A DNA stretch of 63,076 bases, filler included, from Sphacelaria rigidula (GCA_964200075.2; 4 parts of 4 records of this genome joined end to end with filler, not necessarily neighbours in it), one strand, 5' to 3'. Numbered from the whole stretch's first letter, positions 1 to 12,989 are shown. A program made the numbers and translations. Notes: a model not told the origin generated them from the sequence alone.

Positions 1-147
1 CTACTGTTCGCTGAACAGTAGTTGGTCTGTCGTAAGGACAGTGCCACGACCACGAATTATTCCAACAGAGTGCATCGCTTTCCGAAGCGTCAGTTCTCCC
101 ACGCGGTCAGGACACAGTCGTAAGACCAGGAGAATCGCTACTGGATA

Positions 148-274
148 TAACAGAGGATTCTATAAAATGAGGTTCATCAATGAAATGAGGTCCGAGCCCA
201 AAACAGTATTTTCTTCATACTTGAGCTCGAACCTCATTTCATTGATGAACCTCATTTTATAGAATCCTCTGTTA
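148..274. mobile_element. Short foldback MITE, TAACA...TGTTA family
   Basis: Near-perfect inverted repeat TAACAGAGGATTCTATAAAATGAGGTTCATCAATGAAATGAGG ... CCTCATTTCATTGATGAACCTCATTTTATAGAATCCTCTGTTA. The same TIR recurs at 18856-19203. Confidence 0.85.
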
Positions 275-1067
275 TGTGTTGTCGGAGCTTTGCATGTCAT
301 GACTTCAGGTGGGGTGAACACGTCTCATTGGCTCCTTGAATCAAGCGCACATTGCTTGACACGCTGCTCCCCTCCCCGAGTTGCCGTGTCGACGCAAAAC
401 CACGCATATATCTAAGCTGACTTGCCCCTATCTCAAAAGCAGAACCGAGTATAGGACTGGACCCTTTGGTAACACAGCGCGAACAGCACCTATGCGAGGT
501 AAGACTGGTGATAGATGCGGAGAGAGATCTCAACGGGTCGGGGTGACAACGGCAGGAAACTGCAGAAAACTGCAGCACTAGTACACGGTTCATGGAAAGT
601 TGACAAGGATCGATGACGGCGCGCGGTCCGAAGGTGGTGATGCAAGGACACAAAATACGTACGCGCAAGAGAGCCCGCCATAGATCGAACCGCATCTCGT
701 TACCCGCCTGACCCGAGATACTGAATCGCAGACGGGTCCGCCTAGTTTGCCTGAACACTACACTCCAAGGCGAAGCCAATCTTTAACCCAAAATCCCACC
801 TCCTCACCCGGAAAGACCGTCGCGAGTCTTAATCCAGAAAATATCAGGCTGGAAATAGCGAGGAAAGGCGCAGGATGGAGCAATGTCGGAAGAGCTACCA
901 GGAAGTGAAATCCTGGAAAGCCTCACGCTTCCACGAGTGGACGGGTTACATGCCCTATGGCATCTGCACCACCCAGCCAAGGCATCACGTATGCCATCCC
1001 GCCCGAGCACGCCATGTCCCTCTCTCGCGCAGCGATGCGCTGAACTTGTTCCCCATAGGTTTCGCAT

Positions 1068-1360
1068 CACGGGTGGCCACTGGGGTCTGTAACCTGGCCA
1101 TTTTGGGACCTTATCCACCTTTGGTAAGGTCCGCGGATTAGGTGGACAACTGAAGAGCATTCGCACAGCATGAACAGGTTCGAAACAATGCATGTTCCAG
1201 TCTACAGGGGAGTCACCCGCCTATAGACTGGGACATGTTTTGTTTCGATTCTGTCCATGCTGTGCGAATGCTCTTCAGTTGTCTACCCAATCCGCGGACC
1301 TTACCAAAGGTGGATAAGGTCCCAAAATGGTCAGGTTACAGACCCCAGTGGCCACCCGTG
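1068..1360. mobile_element. Palindromic MITE, CACGGG...CCCGTG termini, AT on both sides
   Basis: Arms of ~140 bp are reverse complements (CACGGGTGGCCACTGGGGTCTGTAACC... / ...GGTTACAGACCCCAGTGGCCACCCGTG). AT lies at 1066-1067 and 1361-1362. Confidence 0.85.
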
Positions 1361-3059
1361 ATTCTGAGAGGATTTTATTTGACTGAGAGCGAAAAGGACA
1401 ATTGTTAGACGGCGGCGAACGCTTCAGGAGAGTGATGAGACGGCGAAGACCACGTGGAGTCTTCAAGTGAAGAGCTCCAGCAAGTGGCCCCGACGAGCGA
1501 GCCTATGACATTAAGCGAACGAAGCAGTGCAAAGTATTATTCTAATATTGTACGGAGAGAGTAGGAGACCGTTTTGTGCTGCATTACAGGAGCGAGCAGC
1601 GGTTTGTATTTTCTTCCTCCTTTTTAGTAGTTAGGACTGTTTTTTTCTTTCATTAAAACAGCTGTTCAGTTTATTATTTATTTTTTCCCTACTTCCTCCG
1701 GATCTGTTTTAACTCGTGTTTCCCCGTTGATCATGAGCTCGGTTATATACTTGTTATCGTTTCCGGCTTTATTTCCTCAATTTATAATGTTTCATCTTGA
1801 TTTTGTTTTGGAGACATGGCCCACCTTGATTTTTTTTGCGTCGTTTTTTCGGATCAGAACTTTCCCTTCACGCCTTCATCTTACCTTTTCGGCTCTCTGC
1901 TCTGGATTCCATATTGTTTTTCCTCTTCCGTCTCGGTTTCTCTTGATTTCGTAGGACCTGATCTTTATCTCGTGCCAGTCCTTTTATTTCTGTCTTCATG
2001 TTTCATGAGTTGTTTTTTTCGTATTATGAGCCTGGTGTGTTCTTTCTAGGTTTTCTTTTTCCCCTTCTCTTTTTCTTGCGGGCCTGATTTGTTCCTCTAA
2101 CCCTATTTTTTTGTTTCTCTTTTCTTTTTCCCGGTCTTGCATTCCATGAAGATTATTTTGATTCGTTTTCTCTTAATTTTGTTTGACCCGATCCCACACT
2201 TTGTTTCAGGTACCCGGTCCGTTCATCCTATTTCTTCGTCCTCGAAGAACGTTGGTTCTACTTCAGGGCGCCCCACCCTTCTCATGTAGAAATATTCATG
2301 CGTCAGCATTGCACAAAAGGGTGGGCACAGAGTACCTGCTGGGACACTGTATCGTGACTGAACCGTTGCCCCACTGTCCAGCAGATTAGCGAAAATTGGT
2401 CGATAGGAGAAAGGCGTGCAACACTCCCATCAACCAGCAAACGCTTTCCTGGGGTTGTTTTAAGTGGGTCAGCTCTTTGCGAGTCCCACACTACCCAGGG
2501 TTGGTGTAATCAATCAAAAGTGCCTAGGTGCCGTTACTATCTGAAAATAGTTGCCCGCTCTTTTCGGTGGCTTCTCTTCTCCAGTCTAACTGAGATCCCG
2601 GGAAGACATGGCACATGCGAAAGCAGTCGCTGTGATCTGAAAGAGCGTGAGATATTGCTTTGCCCAAGCGATGAGGTTTTTTTCCTGAATAGCAGGTTAT
2701 GCCCATCCTTCCGATTTCATGGCTGGTTTTTCCCGCGGTTAATGTTAGCCCCGAAATTCTCCGGTTTTCTCGTCGTTGACGTGATATTAGGCTGATGGCA
2801 TAGGGACTTGAGTGAATCACCCCCAGAGTGAATTGAGCTGTGCCTTCCCCCGTCTGGCGTGAGTAGCGTGCAAAAGGCAAGGGAGGGGAATTTTACAGCG
2901 GATACCGATTGTATATGTAGTAGGCGTTTCGAAGTACGCGTGGCAAGTGCAGTGGGTCTTATTCCATTCGCATGTTGGTGTTGTATTCCAAAGGGGCGTC
3001 CTGCACCGGAGCCACTCGCCCCTCACAACGTTTGCACCACCTAGCAACTTCGGTTGTAA

Positions 3060-5400
3060 CTAACCAGTAGCCAAGTCTAATAACAAAGCTATCAGCCATC
3101 AACTGGAGACATCTCGCTTGCAAGCAAGTCAAGAGCACTTCTCTGCACGTGAAAGTGAGTCAAGGCTTTACCCTATCTATGATGCAGTGTTGGTCGGATT
3201 CAAAGGTCCTCGTGCCGCGAGCTGCATTCGACTGCAACCGTCCTCTCAAGTCTGCTGATTGCAGATTGCAACTTCCGACTGTACTTGTTCCTGGAGAGTG
3301 ATGCCCTCATCACATCGTGGCCAGACCACAACACGTCTACTAAGCTCCTCGCAGCCCCAGGGGGAAATACAGTCAGTTAGGTGAGACTAACAGAAATAAA
3401 ACTGGACACACACACACAACGACATGATGGAAACTCCCACACTTGGGATGATTTCGCCAGCAGCGCCCATGAGAGGTGCTTCATCCACTCTGAAGCAGCT
3501 ATCACGCCTTGTATGGTCACCTTCTTCCTGGTAGAATTGGCAACTGGTTTTGGGGTGCATGGGCGCCACGGCGTGGGTGCGACACGTTTTTAATATTTAC
3601 AACCCGCAGTAATAGTGCATTGCTGCAGTTGTGATGAATGACTCCGATGTTGCGTCCTGTTCGCTGGTGCCCAAGACTACAGTACAGTATACAAACCGCG
3701 TGGCAAGACTTACAAGCTGTTAAACGTATGGCTGTGGCTTGTGTATAATACACAACGTTCGACTGTCAACTTGGCAGGAACAGTCGGTGCACCACGTTAA
3801 CCCAGCGCTGACAAGAGAGCTCGCAGAGACTGCACAGTGTTGTCAAGCGCTTGCTTGTGCGATTGAAGAAGAAGTATATTTCCAACTTGGCGCCTTATCC
3901 GGCCGAATAAACACAATAAAACGCTTGACTCCTTTTTAAGGTAGGAACCAATATCAAGCTGATAGGCTTGACTGATTGGAGAAAAGTAGAGAGTTACCAC
4001 GAGGTGGTATCTCAGAACATTGTCTTATCTCAACAAAATATTTCGTGGTATAGACTGTACGACTTGAACTATATGACCATGAACACTACATCCACCAACT
4101 CTTGATACCATCGACTCTTCGAGTCAAGCTCTTCACTACTCTAACACCCCAACAGTTTGATCTATCCATTCATCAACCCTACGTAACCCTACGGTCAAAA
4201 CCTGTTCGTACTGTATGCTCTACATTCTACTCATGTTGCTGTTCATGTTGAACCGTCACCTAATCTACAGCTAAAAACGTTGATTCAGCATACGAAATCG
4301 ACTTCCTCCCAACACCTTACTCCTGTGATAAATCGTAACATCCCTCAACATCCAGCATAGTACATTCTACTCAATGGTAACATCCCTCAACATCCAGCAT
4401 AGTACATTCTACTAAATCGTAACATCCCTCAACATCCAGCATAGTACATTCTACTAAATCGTAACATCCCTCAACAAAGCCAATCAAAAACATCTGCAAT
4501 GAAACTGTAAGATGATTAACGGAATCCTCCAACCGTCACAGGGTGTTTCGAGAATCACAATATTCATGAAACCGCCATCACGGAGGCTGGATCGTGGAGG
4601 ACACAAGGTTCCTGAAGTAGTGATCACGTACGTGGGGCAGCAATGGCTTGGCACTGCTGATGATGTTTAGGTGAAAGAGACCGTCGCAGCGAAAGCATTT
4701 GATGTAGAAGAACTTGAATTATAAGACCTCCCTCCGACGACGATCTGATCCTCAGGTCCTACGGCGGCCGCATAGATGCTATTGACTGATCCCAATACAA
4801 CCTGAAAAATATCGGACATGAGCGAACGTCAATGAGGAACAAAGGAAGATTCTGTCGTTGGCTTCCGAGCAAGCAACCCACTATCATCAGCGGCTTTTGT
4901 GCTAAGCGACTTGCATGAAAAGAAAGAGGTCATTAGTACGTTACACGGTCCCACGCACCCGTGATTACTATTGATAACGCAAGCATTCCGGAAGATCTTC
5001 CCGCTAGCAGCAACGTTTTCCAGTGACTTGTGTTCAAGAATTGGCACGGCTACACCATGGTGGTGTCTAAATTTCGGAGAACGTCGACCGCCACGCCGAG
5101 GCTGGAATACTATCAACAGAGCATTCTTTCGTTTCGGCCATCTCTAGGAATTCCTACTTTTGTCGGCTTCATAGCGTACCGTATCGGTCTCCTGTTCGTC
5201 ACCGTCCTGATCAAGCACCACAAACTCCATGCAGGTGTCGCTTCCTTCGTCGCAATCCCTTGCAGTGTGACCCATCAGCACAATCGTCATATCATCCAAA
5301 ACCGAGACTGCTTCGAAACTGCTGAACTCGGTGCTACTTCCCTGCCGCCAGGAATAGCACGGGAAGTATTTCACGTTGAAAGGAAGAGTCGGATATAAAA
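3060..5400 (-). pseudogene. Highly degraded Ty1/Copia pol relic (integrase-RT-RNase H order)
   Basis: Scattered minus-strand motif remnants in Copia order: integrase-like ARDCDEGSDTCMEF (~5270), RT-like APRT* and EPCV (~4640-4590), ISQAY (~3970), RQVGNILLL (~3890), RNase H-like SVSLT..AAR..VLW (~3390-3320) and QLMADSF (~3100). Many stops and frameshifts. Confidence 0.4.
4329..4476 (+). repeat. 42-bp tandem repeat, ~3.5 copies
   Basis: Unit TAAATCGTAACATCCCTCAACATCCAGCATAGTACATTCTAC at 4329, 4371 and 4413, with a partial copy at 4455. No spacers. Confidence 0.95.
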
Positions 5401-7339
5401 ACAGATATCGAGCACAGTAAGTATAGCCACATCATTTGTTTGAGTCTAAACGCACAGAGCATGGTACAGCGCTCGATTTGCGCGCGTCCACGGAAGCAAT
5501 GACGTAATCGATTCTACTTACGCTCCAGGATTTGCCTGGATACGAGGGAAATAGATATTATCAAGATTGGATCATGACATACAGGGGAAGTACGAATAAG
5601 AGACTAGTCCTGGTTATTTGAGGTATACCCGATCTAGTGCTTGCAGTACAAATCTACTGGGGACACACGCCTTTTCGCGTGCCGAAGAGATGGGATCATG
5701 ACGTATGATTTTGTATGAGTGTTTTCCCCACGAATGACTACCCCACTTGATTCAGTCTTGGTGTTACGTGCTCGGCAGTGTGTGCTATGTGTTTGAGAGT
5801 GGGCAAATATGGGTAAATTAATTACATGAATAATACCTGGTCTCAACTGGCCATGGCAGGCCTACAACTTCCCGCGACAATCCACCCGGTGCATGAGGCT
5901 TCCTACTATGACGGTGACCATCCAAAACATCAACATAGCGTAAACCTCCAGTCACGACACGGCACACTTTCCGAGTACTATGAGCGTTGCCCGATACGAG
6001 CACTTTCTCTCATGACAGTGACTCCCCCACCAGCATTGTCAGTGACAGCAGTTTACCACCGGCCACCATTGTCGGTTGTACTCACCACAGCTGTGCATAC
6101 TACAACATAGGGCTGATCCTCTGATGAGTGGTTGGGACTATTTGTTTTCGATACCGGTGCAACCCACGCAGAACTCGATTACCCACTAGTCTAGTGGATG
6201 AGGTCGTGCAACACACCCGTGAACGCCCTTCTTCGTGCAACCGAACACCCCTCCCCTCTCATGTCCAAGCCTACCACAGGGGGAAAGGAAGGATAACAAA
6301 GAAAACATGCGAGGAGGTCTCATCACATGAGATTCTTGTGTATTCTTTCTCAGCAGGTCCCGTGTTCGGAACCCGCCCACCACTGACGCGACTAGTGCAA
6401 AACATTTTCGACAATAAAGCGGGAAATCAGTGTCGTGGAATTCGTGGATGCAGCTACCCTCAACGCGAGGCGGCGAAGGTGACGTTTTCCCATACAAGCA
6501 CTTACTTCTCGTCGAGATACGTACAAAGACATTCCTGATAGGGGAGGTGATGCGAGAACGATACACACACAGTGAAGGAAAGCATGCATGTACATGAGAC
6601 GTACATACCCGAGTGCAGGGGAAAATATATCAAGATTGGATCATGATGAAGGAATTACGGATTGAAGGATTGATTTTCTATCTGGGGTTTCACCGTGACC
6701 CGAATTAAGGTATACCCGATATCATGCATGCTGTAAACATCCAGGGAACGGGCAGGATTTGAGATGTGGTTTCAACTGTTCCCGAGTTTAATTGTGCGAA
6801 CTTACCTCACCTGTTCAGTTGTTGTTGTTATCGATACTGGTTGGTTGCTGGTTACCGCACAATGTGCGCCGACGTGAGAATGCGGTGTAAAACGGAAATA
6901 CAACAATACATTGTTTGTCGACAGTGGCCTGGAACGGCCCAACGTTTACCCCGACGATGCACCCGGAGCACGTGAATTCCGATCACCACATGAGCAAGAA
7001 CACATTGCCACGGGTGTCCGTTGGGTCTTACCATATCCTCAGTTCTATCCGTAGTCTCACTGTTTCGCGGCTGGAACGGTGGGGGATCAGGGCTATGTGC
7101 AACAATAAATGAGCTCCCACGGCTGGATCTGTGGGGGATCAGGCGACGTGCTACAATCGATCAGTCGACCACACGAAGCACCCTCGGGGGTGGTGATCCG
7201 AGCAGTGCAGTTCACCACAAGATGGCGCTGACTGACACACTTCAAACACACTGGGGCCTTTATAGCACAACATAAGTATCATCAGAACCGGATTACGAAT
7301 TGCGGTAGTGCGTCTTTCGTGTTTGAGTACCAGTTTCAC

Positions 7340-7645
7340 CTCAAACTCCCACAGGAGGTCTCCGTCAGCATCCAGTTTGACAGCGTAGTGGATGTTGTTG
7401 TCCACGTAATAATGACCTGCTGCAATGATGGCATCGTCCTCTGCAGTAACCAAACCATCGATTGCGTTGGAGTAAACGTTGGTGCTCGTCCACCGCCACA
7501 GCTCCTCCCCATCATCATTTAGCTTGATAATAATGGACGTATTGGTTGTGGCGGTGGTGGTGTCTCCAACGCTCCCACCCAAATACACATTTCCGTCCTC
7601 TCCAGTGACGGCAGCATTAAACAAGTCAATGCCAACATCCCCGTC
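7340..7645 (-). CDS. Double beta-propeller repeat exon (102 aa)
   Basis: ccacag|DGDVGIDLFNAAVTGEDGNVYLGG...IIKLNDDGEELWRWT...AVKLDADGDLLWEFE|gtgaa; 306 bp. Confidence 0.85.
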
Positions 7646-10600
7646 CTGTGGCACGAACGACCAAGGCACCGTCGGGGACGAGCGGGGAGTTCCCGGACAT
7701 GTCAACAAGCTCTCATGAAGATCAACGAGCCACCACGTGATTCCGTAGAAACGAAGACCGGGTCAGGTTTTCATGTCGCCTTCTCCAAGACGGGGCTCGC
7801 GGCTGTTTCTGTCAATGGCATGGCCGTACGTTAACGGGTCTGTATTCCGATACAAGCTAAACCTGGTTGTCGCCAAAATATCATGGTATTGCTGGATCCG
7901 CCGTCCCAACCCACATGAAATACTGGCCGGTTCAGGGTGAATCCTCAAACGATTTCCCCTACTAGATGCAAAACGCACAACTGACCCGATAGTAACGTAA
8001 TTGGCATCGAAGACATCCCCACGAGTAAGCGAGCAGTGTGGCACGACCAGAGTACTTTCCCCCATCCTTTACCGTGGCGCTGGTGGTGAATCTGTTTCTT
8101 GGTCAATAAGAGACTTCTGAGTTACTCTGAACTGCAAAGTGTGAACTCACAACACATCTTGACCCAAACTCATCACGAATCAAACCGTAGTAACCGCCAT
8201 CCGCCAGGGAATCTAAGGCAAGAAAACACATTTGAAACAGTTCGTGTGGGATCGAGTCGTACCCCAAACCACGAGGGGAGTCGTCGAGTTTTTACTTCGA
8301 GCACGCATCGAAGACCCAGAAAGCCTTGCAACTACCGTGGAAGAAAAGCGCTGATCATTCTCGAACTTGACAGCTCGCTAGATAGGGGTGCTACAGATCG
8401 AGCATAAGTAGTCGGGGGGAAATATTTTCAACTCCGTTCGATATCTATCGGCTTGCGGGGATCCCAGCGTGAAGATTCGAGATTGACTCGCATCTTCTCA
8501 AAACGATATTTTGTTGCGCAACTGGGAAAGCTAATCCCTGACGGTCGATGCAAGCTGAAGCGCACAAGGAACACGTCGGTAACACACCCTAATCGACCAT
8601 TCGAAGGGATTCCGCGTGCGTTTGTATGCTTGAACGCGCATTATACGGGCGATTTCCCATACCGATTCTTTAGCGGGAAAACCTGAAAATGTGCACACGG
8701 GTACTCTGGGGCAGTGAGTGAGAGGGTCTGTATGAACGGTTTTTGTTTTCAGAATTAAAACGGATCAGAAGGCGGTGTAGGTATCCCAGAGCATCCGTGT
8801 GCAATTCTCCAGGGTCTAGCTCGAAGGAGAGTGCCTCGTCACTTTCGGAAAGGTGGCAGTTTTCGCGTACAAACCAACACGAACAACCCACCGTTTGTGC
8901 CAATATCCGTTAGATGTATCCCGTTTCACGTGTAGTCAACCGTTCTCATGAAGAAGGGACTCGCGACGGCTGTCCATTCCTTCTCCGTGAGACGTGCTTG
9001 GATCGCTCAAACCAAGTCTTAGTTCAACGACGTTCGAAATGTACAGCAGTTGTGCGGTAGTTTTCTCACGACAATGCACATACAATAGTAACAAATTGAT
9101 GCACGGTGGATTTTGATTGAATACGGGAGTTTGTAAACTCGGCGCAAGCCTGCGAAAGAGACGCGCCACATCCCAAGCACAGCATGTTTCTACAAAACAA
9201 CTTATTTGGCTTCGTGGGCCTAGGTAGAGAACGAAAATAAACCTCTCCGTAAGGCCTTCACGAACCGCAAAGGTTGTCGCCGCCGAGAAACCCACGTAAT
9301 ATCCCTCGACCAACTACTTTCTGCACTCCAACACACGCTTGAGCTGTTCTCGGCAACAGTGATTTGGGAGGCACAGTATCAGCCGAGACATGAATCGAGA
9401 ACCGGTGAAACGCTCGAGGCGTGCTCAGCGCAACACTTTCTCCTGCGCTGGCCTCGAAGTTTTTGTGGTGTAGCCTAGTTGTTGAGCGATTGATGGTTTG
9501 CCCAATTCGTTATTCGCAATTGATGGTGAAGCTGGGGGATTGGTGTCATAGAGTAGTTGCTTCCATACGCCAGCACAACTCTGTGGGGTTCACGGGTGGC
9601 AACGCCATCGTGAGGTCAAGATTGTGGCCTGTCCTCCAGACACTGGACCATTTCAAAGGCTCACCAGCTGGCGAGACTGGCTGCACGGCCGATGCACCCC
9701 GGGAAAACGTTGAAGTCCTCATTCGTAAGGAAATAAATCTCTACACTTCGTCGAAATCGGGGATATCCTGGGCGTTTACAAGCAATCTCTTCCAAAACAG
9801 CCACTTAACGAAATCGGTGCCCTTTGTCTACGTGTCTCCCACGAGAAAGTCTTTAAGACGCAACAAATTCCCACAAGTGACGGCTTCAACTGTTGTTGAG
9901 GGTGCGTTAGTTGAGTGGTCCCTCGTTCAGGTCAACACCGCAGGGAACTGGACCGTATGGGCCAGAATAAAAGAGGTTATTACGATCCTAAACCTCACGA
10001 ACATTTTGTTGTTGTATTCCTACCACGACCAAGGGTGTTTTCCCGAACCTGCGATTGATTTTGTACCTCATCCTATCCCAAATGGACAGAGTCATCTCAC
10101 TCTGTATCCCGCAGCACGTTGCTGTGCATGAATGTTTGACAGGTCGAGCGGAGGAACGGAAAGAACAGGCCAGCTCGTAGACTCATCAACTTCGACCTCA
10201 CCAATCCCCATTGCGGGCGCACTTGAAGTGAAAATATGAGCGCACAGTGGGCACATGCTGCATGGTTTGACGGGCAGGACAGCAAATAGACGGTGTTCAT
10301 ATGTTCGCGATGGCTTTTCTGAGATTGAAACAGCGGGAGCTCCTTGCCCTGCTTTCTAGTCGGGAAATAGACGGAATCTAGCCACGTCAAGACACTTTTG
10401 CCGCACATTTCTCGACATCACACCCGGCGATGTCGACACTCTCCCACTAGTGTCATTGACATGCATATTCTGGAAGGGGACGAGTATCTCTCCGCAATGT
10501 GCGGAACGACGTGCATCCCTCATGGGAACCTAGTTGCCAACCTCGGCTGCGATATATTTCACCTGCCATGTCCACAGCATTTCTCCGTCAGCGTCCAATT

Positions 10601-12989
10601 TTAACGCAGCGAAATCAGAACTTCCCGCGTTGTCGTTGCCCCAGTCGCCGAACGTCCAGCCAGCGAAGACCATAGTGCCGTCATCCTCGTTTACCGTGAC
10701 TGCTCTCAAAAACTCGTTTTTGTTGGTTCCATCCTGTCGCAACAAGGAATAATTAAAATACGAAATCAGCATTTATCTACACGGGGAAGGGATATATATA
10801 TCAGCGTCAATATTGTTTCGGCGGAGACCCGATAGACTCGAAATCTCGCTGTTGAACAAAGCAATGGGGGTTGAATATGGTGCTTGTGCACAGCAAATGA
10901 GCCAGAAACGAGTGCACTTCACAGGTGCCTTAGATTTTGCGTTCGTTGCGTGCTTCCTCGCCGCCAGCTCTAGCATTTAGATAAGGATCATCATGATCTA
11001 GACGAACAGTTCAGTAGCCGCATTGGTCGTGCGAGATAATCTGTCCCTGAGGTGCGGTGAGAAACTGGTCATGGAGGCGGTTACGCTGATAAGACTTGGT
11101 GGGTTCGGAGATCAAGCATCAGTTAGCTTGCACTGGATGTATGCTCAAGATACCCGTACCGCAATGTAGCGGCGGGTTTTCCTTGTACACACAGGGGTGA
11201 ACCGCGCCGTCACTCGGCAACATGCATAATCCGAAAGCAATAGGGAGACTTTTACTGCTAGCCTCAAAATATTGATGTGGGGGCGTTTGCATCGACCGTT
11301 ACTGGCATGCTCACCTGCCATTGCCAAACGACTTCACCATCCTCGTCCAATCTGGTGGCAACGAAATCAGCTTCGCCTTGCTGTGCATCACCCCATGTGC
11401 CCCAGCTGTATCCCACCAACACGACAGATCCATCTTCCTCTATGGCTGCGTCAAGCACGTTGTCTGACTCGTCCGTGCCGCCCTATGTCCAATAACAAGA
11501 GTAGTTGGGCACCCACGCGTGATCCTCAGGAGCAAGCATGCAGAGTAGGTCAGCTTGGAGCGTGAAGTTGAGTCATCGTGGCAGCGGCTGTATTATTTTG
11601 AAGAAATAGCGTCTACGCTTCTTCCGACTAACGCTACAGAATCCGAATGTTTGGGTGAGAAGCACAGTTTCCACGGTTCTGCGAGGTGTTCGGACCACCC
11701 CCCTTACGTGGTTGGTGTCAGTTGGCGATGACGCTAGAAAACACATCACTTGCCACGAAAGCTAGGCAGCAGCGTTAAGATATGTTTCTGCGCGTTTGCC
11801 ATTTTTTTGCCGTCACCAGAACACCAGAGGGTACGATTAAGATTGAAACGCGGTCAAGTAGTGAATGACTCGTTTCAGTTCTGAAATGCCCCTCCCCGAG
11901 GCCCAACATGCTTTCTGTGGTAGCTTGCCACTGAGGCCTTTGATATCCCTGAGTAAGATACCGACGTGTAGCTAAAAGCGCACTGCAGTGGTGGAGGCGA
12001 AGGAAGCACACACGGGATGAAACATTGGTTGAGTTACAGCGAATTCTCGAAGCCACTTACAATCAGCGCTCTACCCTCAATCTCACGAAAACGTCGTTAA
12101 TGGTAGTGGAGCCAAACGCTACTGTGCAGGGTGGGATAACATCAACTCCCCGCAAAGCAGATGATCGTACTCCGGATTGTTGAAATGGTGAGACGCTAAT
12201 GAGATAGTGTAAAAATCGTGGCTGTCCCTGAAAGTGGCGATGCCAGAAAACGAGGCAACTCACTGAAGGCTTCGGACGAGACGATATTAGCAGGATGCAG
12301 TTCACCCTTCACGTGACTCGCCGAGCACACCACAGTGCTTCGCGCTCGGTGATTGATTGCAGGCTTGGTCCTACCGAGGATGCGAGATCAATGATCAGAT
12401 GATCTTTGGTATACAAGATCATAAGTACACCCCTCCATGATCTCGCATGCTTCCAAAGCCGAGACAGACGTGAAGCAAATAAGCTAATCCTCCTTCTTTC
12501 GCTTGCCATGACACAGCCTGGATACAGACATGAAATGACGCAGCAAACCATCCTTTTTTTTCGCCTACCGTAACACAGCCAGGAGATCGGCCCAACATGC
12601 ATACCTACTGAAACACCACACTTAAGACGTAGTCCACGGGGGGTGCGCGAGGTTTTGCGGTCGATTTCACTCTGTGCGTGCACTCAACTTCCAGCGAAAA
12701 ACTATAATTTACAGTTGTCCTCCACAGGCACCAAATACAAGGTCGCTGCTGCTCGAGCCGCGGGTACTTGCTCCTACTGCGAGGCACTGCAACAGGTGCG
12801 CCATCTCACCTGCCAGGCCCACAGGACTTCCCCGTCGGAATCGAGCTTCACTGCTGCGAAGTCTCGGTCATAGTCTTCGGAACTGTCGACCCAACCTTCA
12901 AATGTTACACCAGCCACGACGGCAGAGCCGTCGGAAGGATTTATGACCACTGCTTGGGCTTTGTCATACGTGTAGTCCCTACTCACGCC
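7340..12989 (-). CDS. Partial multi-exon gene encoding SBBP-like beta-propeller repeats (start and stop not found)
   Basis: Four AG|exon|GT-bounded, stop-free, phase-0 exons: 12989-12810, 11482-11315, 10733-10563 and 7645-7340. Repeat consensus is DG...D...A.V..DGSVVLAG.T.G.W......DFAAVKLDADGE.LW.WQ. Confidence 0.8.
9050..9700 (-). pseudogene. Possible degraded LINE reverse-transcriptase fragment (intronic)
   Basis: Weak remnants only: FAVREGL (cf. F.V.QGLRQG) near 9270 and LLLYVH (cf. LYADD) near 9085. Confidence 0.25.
10563..10733 (-). CDS. Beta-propeller repeat exon (57 aa)
   Basis: cgacag|DGTNKNEFLRAVTVNEDDGTMVFAGWTFGDWGNDNAGSSDFAALKLDADGEMLWTWQ|gtgaa; 171 bp. Confidence 0.85.
11315..11482 (-). 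CDS. Beta-propeller repeat exon (56 aa)
   Basis: acatag|GGTDESDNVLDAAIEEDGSVVLVGYSWGTWGDAQQGEADFVATRLDEDGEVVWQWQ|gtgag; 168 bp. Confidence 0.85.
11860..12102. mobile_element. Dispersed MITE family copy 1 (TIR CAAC..TTCGTGAGATTGAGAGTAGAG)
   Basis: Aligns by eye with 30880-31109 (same orientation) and 51841-52065 (reverse). Confidence 0.75.
12810..12989 (-). CDS. Beta-propeller repeat exon (60 aa)
   Basis: tcgcag|GVSRDYTYDKAQAVVINPSDGSAVVAGVTFEGWVDSSEDYDRDFAAVKLDSDGEVLWAWQ|gtgag; 180 bp. Confidence 0.85.

Noticed and set aside
4329-4476. CRISPR-like array
   Set aside because: Units are contiguous with no unique spacers; eukaryotic context; no cas genes.
9421-10131. 236-aa plus-strand ORF
   Set aside because: No domain signature; intronic and antisense to the propeller gene, overlapping a possible LINE relic.
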